Below, piece by piece: positions 1-5,996 of a DNA stretch of 7,605 bases (position 1 is the first letter of the stretch; the number at the start of each line of letters is the position of its first letter). The position numbers and the translations under genes were made by a program. Below the pieces are notes generated by a model. It was not told where the DNA came from. It searched no databases and worked only from the letters and a program-made list of their open reading frames with translations. Source of the stretch: a virus (taxonomy: Duplodnaviria; Heunggongvirae; Uroviricota; Caudoviricetes); IMG/VR virus record IMGVR_UViG_2693429676_000010, positions 1-7,605 of that record. One strand, given 5' to 3'.

Positions 1-73
1 CAAAGTGATCTACTATTCCGCGCAGCTATTTAGGAGTAGAGCGATAACGTGTTTTAATTCTGTCTCGTTCATT

Positions 74-229
74 TTACTCACCTGAATGTCTTCCCAACCA
101 ACGACGTGCGCCAGCTTCGGTTTTAAACGTTTTGCTTTTGGTATACGTCATGGCGGTGAATGTGCCGTCTTGATTGGGAAACACGCCACATACCAGAGAT
201 TCGTTGTTGCCAAGATCGATAGTATTCAT
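74..229 (-). CDS. small hypothetical prophage protein (51 aa from ATG at 229; the ORF extends to 292 only with a TTG start). Possibly YdaF-like, unverified
   Basis: ORF track 74..292 minus. Internal ATG at 227-229 is preceded by a GGGG Shine-Dalgarno-like run about 6 nt upstream, whereas the TTG at 292 has no recognisable RBS. Sits downstream of a terminator and a candidate promoter. No recognisable domain. Confidence 0.4.
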   Translation of the reverse strand: MNTIDLGNNESLVCGVFPNQDGTFTAMTYTKSKTFKTEAGARRWLGRHSGE

Positions 230-409
230 GTTGACCCCATTTCCCCTTAACGCCGGGTGGCGGAACGTTTTATCTACTGCGCTTTGTATCAATCAACAAC
301 TGCCGTCATGTTCGTATGCCTCAGGCTGGCTACTTAGCCCTGTTCAGTGACTGGATAACTCGAGGTATTGTCCTGCCGTTCTCTGGTGGGGCGTTGTTTG
401 GATATGCTT

Positions 410-438
410 ATTAAACACAATTTGTTTTCTTGTGTCAA
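410..438 (-). promoter_or_regulatory. candidate sigma70 promoter for the small leftward ORF (-35 TTGACA, 17-nt spacer, -10 TTTAAT on minus strand)
   Basis: Plus-strand TGTCAA at 433-438 is a perfect TTGACA on the minus strand; plus-strand ATTAAA at 410-415 is TTTAAT on the minus strand; the spacer 416-432 is 17 nt. Confidence 0.35.
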
Positions 439-479
439 CACGCAATGTGTTTTATGGTGAGTGTCATATGATGATGCTA

Positions 480-504
480 CAAAAAAGCCCGCTGATAGCG
501 GGCT
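480..504 (-). terminator. rho-independent terminator of the leftward repressor transcript
   Basis: Perfect 8-bp stem AGCCCGCT (486-493) / AGCGGGCT (497-504) with a 3-nt loop. The plus-strand A6 run at 481-486 is a U-tract directly after the stem on the minus strand. Located 30 bp past the repressor stop at 535. Confidence 0.65.
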
Positions 505-534
505 GATTGGCATATTACTGTGATAGCAAGATCA

Positions 535-954
535 TTATTCCGGTGGGGGATTATCTTTAATCCTGCCTCTCAAATATTTTTCTACATACTCATCGATTTC
601 TTTTAGCCGGACTTCAAATAGCTCAATCATTCGTTGTTGTTCTGAGCCCGGTAGCTGGTTAAACAACTCAAGAAGTTTTCGTTGGGATTCATTTAACCAC
701 AATTCAGAAGATTCCTGTTCTCCAAAGAGGAGCTCAGGAGGAGATATGCCAAGTGCCTTTCCCAATACGACAGCGTCATGTACTCCAACATTTCTGCTGC
801 CCGCCTCATAGTTACCTATACGCGATTGCGTCCATCCGCAGATTTCAGCAAGTTTTCCTTGAGATAAACCAAGCTTCTGCCTGCGCTCTTTAAGACGCAT
901 TGCAATTTTGTCATTGAGCCTACTAGCGGCAATTTTTTCGTTTTCTTTTTCCAT
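535..954 (-). CDS. prophage repressor, HTH XRE family (cI/RacR-type), 139 aa, no S24 peptidase domain
   Basis: ORF 535..954 minus. Helix-turn-helix signature LGLSQGKLAEICGWTQSRIGNYEAG in the N-terminal half; short helical C-terminal region; AAGGA RBS upstream on the minus strand; divergent from a Cro-like gene; followed by a terminator. Confidence 0.85.
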   Translation of the reverse strand: MEKENEKIAASRLNDKIAMRLKERRQKLGLSQGKLAEICGWTQSRIGNYEAGSRNVGVHDAVVLGKALGISPPELLFGEQESSELWLNESQRKLLELFNQLPGSEQQRMIELFEVRLKEIDEYVEKYLRGRIKDNPPPE

Positions 955-1050
955 TGCATCCTTGTATCACGAATCGTGATTTACATAAAACACAAAACAG
1001 CTTGGCTATATAACACAAGGTGTGTTTAAAATTGTCATCGGAGGTTTTCA
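955..1050. promoter_or_regulatory. divergent promoter/operator region between repressor and cro-like gene
   Basis: 96-bp AT-rich intergenic region containing a perfect 7-bp-arm palindrome ATCACGA-A-TCGTGAT (966-980) and an inverted repeat ACACA-AGG-TGTGT (1013-1025); TTTACA at 980-985 and TTGGCT at 1002-1007 are possible -35 elements. Exact promoter assignment not resolved. Confidence 0.5.
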
Positions 1051-1293
1051 ATGAACAAAATTTCAACATATCGAAAACAGCTTGGGCTGTCTCAAAGACA
1101 ACTTGCTGTTCAGTTAGGGTGGATACAAAGCCGACTGGCAAATTACGAAGCAAATTTTCGTACCCCTGGACTAGAGGAGTGCAGAAAAATTGTTTCTACC
1201 CTTAATCGGCTTGGCGCTCATTGTGGACTTGACGATGTATTCCCCCCAGACGGTAAGCATAGCGAAAACAGCATAGGAGCGGTTGATTCATGA
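1051..1293 (+). CDS. Cro-like HTH (XRE) transcriptional regulator, 80 aa
   Basis: ORF 1051..1293 plus. GGAGG RBS 6 nt upstream of the ATG; HTH signature LGLSQRQLAVQLGWIQSRLANYE; divergent from the repressor; its stop overlaps the next start (ATGA at 1290-1293). Confidence 0.8.
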   Translation: MNKISTYRKQLGLSQRQLAVQLGWIQSRLANYEANFRTPGLEECRKIVSTLNRLGAHCGLDDVFPPDGKHSENSIGAVDS

Positions 1294-1559
1294 AAATCAG
1301 GCATGAGCACATCGAATCAGTGTTGTTAGCCCTGGCAGCCGAAAAAGGGCAGGCGTGGGTCGCTAACGCAATTACTGAAGAATATCTGCGCCAGGGGGGC
1401 GGCGAATTGCCCCTTGTACCAGGCAAGGACTGGAACAATCAGCAGAATATCTATCACCGTTGGTTGAAAGGTGAAACGAAAGCGCAAAGGGAAAAAATTC
1501 AGAAACTGATCCCTGCGGTTCTGGCAATTCTTCCGCGNCGCTTGGCTCAGTGCGAATAA
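1290..1559 (+). CDS. ydaT: CII-like regulator (YdaT-type), copy 1, truncated: genuine homology ends at the N at 1538 and the last 7 codons are junction-derived
   Basis: The N-terminal 82 aa are near-identical to the 1994..2415 copy. From recall, resembles Rac prophage YdaT. The sequence after the N at 1538 is antisense of a RacR-like gene, so the stop at 1557-1559 is not the native one. Confidence 0.6.
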   Translation: MKIRHEHIESVLLALAAEKGQAWVANAITEEYLRQGGGELPLVPGKDWNNQQNIYHRWLKGETKAQREKIQKLIPAVLAILPXRLAQCE

Positions 1560-1706
1560 TCTTTTCCCCGCCGGCTGTGTTTCATCTCTTTCCCATTGAG
1601 AAATTGTTACGTGAGCCACTTTGACCAGCTTACCTAATGCGGCCTGAGACAGTTTTAATTTTTTACGCCTATGTAAGAGGCGAGCACCGAAGGTTTCGTT
1701 TTTCAT
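1539..1706 (-). pseudogene. racR: RacR-like HTH repressor, 5' fragment only (first ~56 codons), truncated at the N at 1538
   Basis: The minus ORF starts at ATG 1706 and reads MKNETFGARLLHRRKKLKLSQAALGKLVKVAHVTISQWERDETQ (HTH). Past the N it continues only as antisense of ydaT copy 1. Divergent from the ydaS-like gene, as in Rac. Symbol by recalled synteny. Confidence 0.55.
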
Positions 1707-1782
1707 ATTAGGGAATTCTAATTTTTCTTGACTTAGGTTTCTCTACGATCTAGTTTCCTTAGGAAAATCTAAGGAGCTCGAT
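1707..1782. promoter_or_regulatory. divergent regulatory region between racR-like and ydaS-like genes
   Basis: Minus-strand TAGAAT (plus ATTCTA 1715-1720) lies 8 nt upstream of the racR-like ATG with no SD, suggesting a leaderless transcript. TTGACT at 1728-1733. CTTAGG repeats at 1732-1737 and 1758-1763, CTAAGG at 1769-1774, and an inverted repeat TTTCC-TTA-GGAAA at 1754-1766. Confidence 0.4.
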
Positions 1783-2010
1783 ATGTTGAAAATTGATGCT
1801 ATAGCGTTTTTTGGCAGCAAAACAAAGCTTGCCAATGCCGCAGGAGTTAGGCTGGCAAGCATTGCTGCATGGGGGGAACTGGTTCCTGAAGGTCGCGCGA
1901 TGCGCCTGCAAGAGGCATCTGGCGGGGAACTTCAGTACGACCCCAAAGTTTATGACGAATATCGTAAGGCAAAACGACCTTGGAAGGTGATTCATGAAAA
2001 TCAGGCATGA
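1783..2010 (+). CDS. ydaS: YdaS-like Cro-type regulator, 75 aa
   Basis: ORF 1783..2010 plus. Strong RBS TAAGGAG 6 nt upstream; divergent from the racR-like gene; its 3' end overlaps the ydaT copy-2 start by 17 nt. Symbol from recalled Rac gene order. Confidence 0.75.
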   Translation: MLKIDAIAFFGSKTKLANAAGVRLASIAAWGELVPEGRAMRLQEASGGELQYDPKVYDEYRKAKRPWKVIHENQA

Positions 2011-2415
2011 GCACATCGAATCAGTGCTGTTGCCCTGGCAGCCGAAAAAGGGCAGGCGTGGGTCGCTAACGCAATTACTGAAGAATATCTGCGCCAGGGG
2101 GGCGGCGAATTGCCCCTTGTACCAGGCAAGGACTGGAACAATCAGCAGAATATCTATCACCGTTGGTTGAAAGGTGAAACGAAAGCGCAAAGGGAAAAAA
2201 TTCAGAAACTGATCCCTGCGGTTCTGGCAATTCTTCCGCGCGAGCTGCGTCACCGACTCTGCATCTTCGATACCCTGGAACGCCGTGCATTACTGGCGGC
2301 GCAGGAAGCGTTGAGTACGGCAATTGATGCGCATGATGATGCAGTCCAGGCCGTTTACCGGAAAGCGCATTTCAGCGGCGGCGGGTCTTCCGACGATTCT
2401 GTCATTGTTCATTAA
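1994..2415 (+). pseudogene. ydaT: CII-like regulator (YdaT-type), copy 2, about 140 codons, interrupted by a 1-nt deletion near codon 14
   Basis: Near-identical to copy 1, but GTTAGCC in copy 1 is GTTGCC here (around 2030), shifting frame from the ATG at 1994 into a stop at about 2168-2170. The ORF track recovers the remainder as 2110..2415 in another frame. Confidence 0.6.
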
Positions 2416-2478
2416 GCAAAAGTTTCCATGCTGTTTGTGCTTATTCTAAGCAACCGGGCAGCATCATACGGGGCAATT

Positions 2479-3627
2479 ATGGCCGCATTACCATACATGC
2501 AACTGTACATAGCTGATTACCTGGCTGACACCATGCATTTGTCAGCAGAGGAGCACGGCGCGTATTTGTTGCTGATGTTCAATTACTGGCAAACAGGAAA
2601 GCCAATACCCAAAAACAGGTTGGCAAAAATTGCCCGTCTGACTAACGAGCGATGGGTTGATGTTGAACCATCCTTGCGGGAGTTTTTTTGTGATAACGGC
2701 GACGAATGGATGCATCTTCGGATTGAGGAAGATCTGGCATCTGTCAGAGAAAAATTAACCAAAAAATCAGCCGCAGGAAAAGCATCTGTTCAGGCCAGAA
2801 GAAGCAGAAAGGAAGCAGATGTTCAAACAAAACAAGAGAGAAATTTAACAGGTGTTCAAACAGATGTTGGAGTGATGTTCGAACATGATGCCAACACAAA
2901 GGCAACTAATAAAGATACAGATAAAGATCTAAAAACAGATCTAACCCATCCCAAACCCTTCCCTTCCGGAAGGGAGTTTCGGGATTTTGTGGCTGGAGTG
3001 CTTGAGGGGAGATTATCTGGCGGTACTGCAGCGGAATTTTGTAATTCTGCGGTGGTTGCGTTGCAGGCTGCTGGCCTGGATGTCTGTCGTGAGTATCCGG
3101 TGCCAGAGCGTGGTGACGGTTGCGGAGGGCGGATTGATATCGTCGTGACTGACAGGAACGGTGTCCGGTGTGGGAGCGAGCTTGACCGAAATTCTCCGCG
3201 ACAGAAATCACTGCTCAAAATCGGTGCTGTTGAAACCGGGATATGTGTCTTGCGGCGCAGTGATATCGCAAGGCACACCGAGCAGGGAATTCTGGTTATC
3301 GGTGGGGCTGTTCGCCAGAAAAAATTTGACCCGTTGTCAGTTGATCTGCCCGACTGGTTGCCAGAAACACTCTGGCATGAGTGGGTCCAGTTCAGGCAGG
3401 CATTGCGAAAACCGATTCGAACGGAGCAGGGCGCTAACGGGGCGATACGGGAACTGGAAAAATTCCGTCAGCAGGGTTTTACACCTGAGCAGGTGATTCG
3501 ACACAGCATCGCCAATGAATACCAGGGCCTGTTCGCGCCGAAAGGTGTTCGGCCTGAGACGTTGCTCCGACAGGTTAACACCGTCTCGTTGCCGGACAGT
3601 GCGATCCCGCCAGGCTTCAGGGGGTAA
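2479..3627 (+). CDS. replication initiator / replisome organiser, N-terminal DUF1376 (YdaU-like), 382 aa from ATG 2479 (the ORF extends to 2428)
   Basis: ORF 2428..3627 plus. The conserved DUF1376-like N-terminus PYMQLYIADYLADTMHLSAEEHGAY sits 5 residues after the ATG at 2479, so I prefer that start. Low-complexity linker encoded by repeats; C-terminal domain conserved in the other copies; stop overlaps the SD of the DnaC-like gene. Confidence 0.8.
   Translation: MAALPYMQLYIADYLADTMHLSAEEHGAYLLLMFNYWQTGKPIPKNRLAKIARLTNERWVDVEPSLREFFCDNGDEWMHLRIEEDLASVREKLTKKSAAGKASVQARRSRKEADVQTKQERNLTGVQTDVGVMFEHDANTKATNKDTDKDLKTDLTHPKPFPSGREFRDFVAGVLEGRLSGGTAAEFCNSAVVALQAAGLDVCREYPVPERGDGCGGRIDIVVTDRNGVRCGSELDRNSPRQKSLLKIGAVETGICVLRRSDIARHTEQGILVIGGAVRQKKFDPLSVDLPDWLPETLWHEWVQFRQALRKPIRTEQGANGAIRELEKFRQQGFTPEQVIRHSIANEYQGLFAPKGVRPETLLRQVNTVSLPDSAIPPGFRG
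2787..2946. other. candidate phage origin of replication embedded in the initiator gene (iteron-like repeats plus AT-rich tract)
   Basis: TGTTCA at 2787-2792; TGTTCAAACA at 2820-2829 and 2853-2862; palindromic TGTTCGAACA at 2876-2885 (spacings 33, 33, 23 bp). Followed by a roughly 75% AT tract at 2906-2945 with two AGATCT/GATC sites (2925-2930, 2937-2942). Analogous to lambda ori inside gene O. Confidence 0.45.
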
Positions 3628-3633
3628 CAGACC

Positions 3634-4380
3634 ATGAAAAATATTGCGACAGGAGGCGTTCTGGAGCGTATCCGCAGACTGACCCCACCACATGTAACCG
3701 CCCCATTCAGAACGGTTGCGGAGTGGCGCGAGTGGCAACTTGCTGAAGGCCAGAAACGTTGCGAGGAGATCAACCGCCTGAATCGTCAGTTGCGGGTGGA
3801 AAAAATCCTGAACCGCTCCGGCATCCAGCCGTTGCACCGGAAGTGTTCGTTTGCGAATTACCGGGCGCAGAACGACGGTCAGCGACATGCACTGAGTCAG
3901 GCGAAATCCATAGCTGACGAACTGATGACAGGCTGTACGAATTTTGTGTTCAGCGGTAAGCCCGGCACCGGAAAAAATCATCTTGCAGACGCGATTGGCA
4001 ACCGGCTGATGGCGAAGGGGCGTAGCGTGATTATCGTCACCGTGTCCGATGTCATGAGCGTGTTGCATGAGAGCTACGACAACGGCAAATCCGGTGAAAA
4101 ATTTTTACAGGAGCTTTGTGGTGTTGACCTGCTGGTCCTGGATGAAATTGGCATGCAGCGGGATACGAAAAACGAGCAGGTGGTACTGAACCAGATTGTT
4201 GATCGCCGGACGGCATCGTTACGCGGTGTGGGGATGCTGACAAATATTAACCATGCAGCGATGAATACACTTCTCGGCGAGCGGGTGATGGATCGCATGG
4301 TCATGAACGGCGGGCGCTGGGTGAATTTTAACTGGGAGAGCTGGCGTCCGAATGTTAGCCATTCGAGGGTTGTTAAGTAG
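3634..4380 (+). CDS. ydaV: DnaC-like helicase loader (AAA+ ATPase, YdaV-type), copy A, 248 aa
   Basis: Walker A GKPGTGKN at 3955-3978, as in E. coli DnaC; Walker B DLLVLDEIG; C-terminal LGERVMDRM motif; GGGG SD overlapping the upstream stop, suggesting translational coupling. Symbol by recalled Rac synteny. Confidence 0.9.
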   Translation: MKNIATGGVLERIRRLTPPHVTAPFRTVAEWREWQLAEGQKRCEEINRLNRQLRVEKILNRSGIQPLHRKCSFANYRAQNDGQRHALSQAKSIADELMTGCTNFVFSGKPGTGKNHLADAIGNRLMAKGRSVIIVTVSDVMSVLHESYDNGKSGEKFLQELCGVDLLVLDEIGMQRDTKNEQVVLNQIVDRRTASLRGVGMLTNINHAAMNTLLGERVMDRMVMNGGRWVNFNWESWRPNVSHSRVVK

Positions 4381-4394
4381 TTTCAGGAGGATTT

Positions 4395-4620
4395 ATGGCG
4401 AAACCTTTTACTCCCGAACAGCGGGAAGAACTGAAGACGCGAATTGTGGAACTCGTGCATCAGGACGGTCGGGTCACGATTCGGCAGTTGTCAGATGAAA
4501 CAGGTATCAGTCGTGCGTCTGTCGGTCGCTTATGCATAGAACTGGTCGCAAGTGGTGATGTATATAATTCTGGCTACGGGGTATTTCCCTCTGAACAGGC
4601 TCGCAAGGACTGGCAAAGCG
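4395..4620 (+). CDS. small putative DNA-binding protein (HTH-like, YdaW-like), 5' portion; interrupted by the N-run at 4621
   Basis: AGGAGG RBS 6 nt upstream of ATG 4395; HTH-like stretch VTIRQLSDETGISRASVGRLCIELVASGDV. The ORF-track continuation through the Ns into (RG)n is an artefact of reading through the gap. Confidence 0.6.
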
Positions 4621-4637
4621 NNNNNNNNNNNNNNNNN
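4621..4637. other. run of 17 N (assembly gap or masked bases)
   Basis: Directly visible. Flanking sequences are not contiguous in homology. Confidence 0.95.
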
Positions 4638-4638
4638 A

Positions 4639-4680
4639 GAGGAAGAGGAAGAGGAAGAGGAAGAGGAAGAGGAAGAGGAA
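4639..4680. repeat. hexanucleotide microsatellite (GAGGAA)x7 immediately after the N-run
   Basis: Seven perfect tandem GAGGAA units at 4639-4680. Not in frame with any credible gene. Confidence 0.9.
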
Positions 4681-4694
4681 GATCTAAATACTGA

Positions 4695-5030
4695 TCTCCC
4701 CCTCGCCAAAAACGAGCGTCTAAAAAATTCGAGCCGGAGGCTATTGAGCTGCCCGATTGGTTGCCGGAAACACTCTGGCATGAGTGGGTCCGGTTCAGAC
4801 AGGCATTGCGAAAACCGATTCGAACGGAGCAGGGCGCTAACGGGGCGATACGGGAACTGGAAAAATTCCGTCAGCAGGGTTTTACACCTGAGCAGGTGAT
4901 TCGACACAGCATCGCCAATGAATACCAGGGCCTGTTCGCGCCGAAAGGTGTTCGGCCTGAGACGTTGCTCCGACAGGTTAACACCGTCTCGTTGCCGGAC
5001 AGTGCGATCCCGCCAGGCTTCAGGGGGTAA
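4695..5030 (+). CDS. 3' fragment of a second, diverged initiator gene (C-terminal domain only), copy B
   Basis: In-frame stop at 4692-4694, then 111 codons. From LPDWLPETLWHEW onward it matches the copy-A C-terminus almost exactly (one Q-to-R change); upstream of about 4745 the sequence is unrelated to copy A. No upstream initiator body is present in the window. Confidence 0.5.
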   Translation, partial: SPPRQKRASKKFEPEAIELPDWLPETLWHEWVRFRQALRKPIRTEQGANGAIRELEKFRQQGFTPEQVIRHSIANEYQGLFAPKGVRPETLLRQVNTVSLPDSAIPPGFRG

Positions 5031-5036
5031 CGGACC

Positions 5037-5783
5037 ATGAAAAATATTGCGACAGGCGGCGTTCTGGAACGCATCCGCCGACTGACCCCGCCACATGTAA
5101 CCGCCCCATTCAGAACGGTAGCGGAGTGGCGCGAGTGGCAACTTGCTGAAGGCCAGAAACGTAGCGAGGAGATCAACCGCCTGAATCGCCAGTTGCGGGT
5201 GGAAAAAATTCTGAATCGCTCAGGCATCCAGCCGTTGCACCGTAAATGCTCGTTTGCGAATTACCAGGTGCAGAACGACGGCCAGCGATACGCGTTAAGC
5301 CAGGCGAAATCCATCGCCGATGAACTGATGACCGGGTGTACAAATTTTGCGTTCAGCGGAAAACTTGGTACCGGGAAGAATCACTTAGCGGCAGCTATCG
5401 GGAATCGCCTGCTGAAAGACGGTCAGACAGTGATTGTGGTTACCGTGGCTGATGTTATGAGCGCCCTGCACGCCAGCTATGACGACGGGCAGTCAGGCGA
5501 AAAATTTTTGCGGGAGCTGTGCGAAGTGGATCTGCTGGTTCTTGATGAAATTGGCATTCAGCGCGAGACGAAAAACGAGCAGGTGGTGCTGCACCAGATT
5601 GTTGATCGCCGGACAGCGTCGATGCGCAGCGTGGGGATGCTGACAAACCTGAACTATGAGGTGATGAAAACATTGCTCGGCGAGCGGGTGATGGATCGCA
5701 TGGTCATGAACGGCGGGCGCTGGGTGAATTTTAACTGGGAGAGCTGGCGTCCGAATGTTAGCCATTCGAGGGTTGTTAAGTAG
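5037..5783 (+). CDS. DnaC-like helicase loader, copy B (diverged paralog/allele), 248 aa
   Basis: Same length and architecture as copy A. About 30 of 248 residues differ by manual alignment; the nucleotide differences I checked in the first 66 nt are all synonymous. Walker A reads GKLGTGKN (P to L). Confidence 0.85.
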   Translation: MKNIATGGVLERIRRLTPPHVTAPFRTVAEWREWQLAEGQKRSEEINRLNRQLRVEKILNRSGIQPLHRKCSFANYQVQNDGQRYALSQAKSIADELMTGCTNFAFSGKLGTGKNHLAAAIGNRLLKDGQTVIVVTVADVMSALHASYDDGQSGEKFLRELCEVDLLVLDEIGIQRETKNEQVVLHQIVDRRTASMRSVGMLTNLNYEVMKTLLGERVMDRMVMNGGRWVNFNWESWRPNVSHSRVVK

Positions 5784-5797
5784 TTTCAGGAGGATTT

Positions 5798-5995
5798 ATG
5801 GCGAAACCTTTTACTCCCGAACAGCGGGAAGAACTGAAGACGCGAATTGTGGAACTCGTGCATCAGGACGGTCGGGTCACGATTCGGCAGTTGTCAGATG
5901 AAACAGGTATCAGTCGTGCGTCTGTCGGTCGCTTATGCATAGAACTGGTCGCAAGTGGTGATGTATATAATTCTGGCTACGGGGTATTTCCCTCT
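5798..5995 (+). CDS. YdaW-like small HTH gene, 5' portion, truncated at the N at 5996
   Basis: Identical to the start of the 4395 copy, with the same AGGAGG RBS; homology ends at the N. Confidence 0.55.
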
Positions 5996-5996
5996 N

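Noticed and set aside
1020-1205. ORF 1020..1205 plus (61 aa) and ORF 923..1153 minus (76 aa) in the switch region
   Set aside because: They overlap the Cro-like gene and operator region in other frames, with no RBS or domain features; the Cro-like frame has a clear GGAGG RBS and HTH.
1326-2253. Minus-strand ORFs 1326..1706 (126 aa) and 1759..2253 (164 aa) as full-length genes
   Set aside because: Only the first ~56 codons of 1326..1706 look like a real HTH repressor. The remainder of both ORFs is antisense of ydaT and is shared between them only because ydaT is duplicated; 1326..1706 also reads through the N at 1538.
3337-4068. Long antisense ORFs (3337..4068 minus, 243 aa; also 4530..5141 minus, 5910..6536 minus, 3468..3773 minus, 4871..5227 minus) overlapping the initiator and DnaC-like genes
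   Set aside because: They lie antisense to genes with strong motif support (DUF1376 N-terminus, Walker A/B), have no RBS or recognisable domains, and recur only because the sense genes are repeated. They are typical spurious ORFs.
3634-4380. IS21-type IstA/IstB transposon (an IstB-like ATPase following an upstream gene)
   Set aside because: The ATPase matches DnaC rather than IstB (GKPGTGKN P-loop and DnaC-like C-terminus), the upstream gene is a DUF1376 initiator with no DDE transposase features, and no terminal inverted repeats are seen.
4395-4899. ORFs encoding (RG)n or poly-Glu stretches across the N-run (4395..4694 plus, 4552..4899 plus, 4530..5141 minus)
   Set aside because: These reading frames pass through 17 undetermined bases and a microsatellite at an assembly junction; they are not credible proteins.
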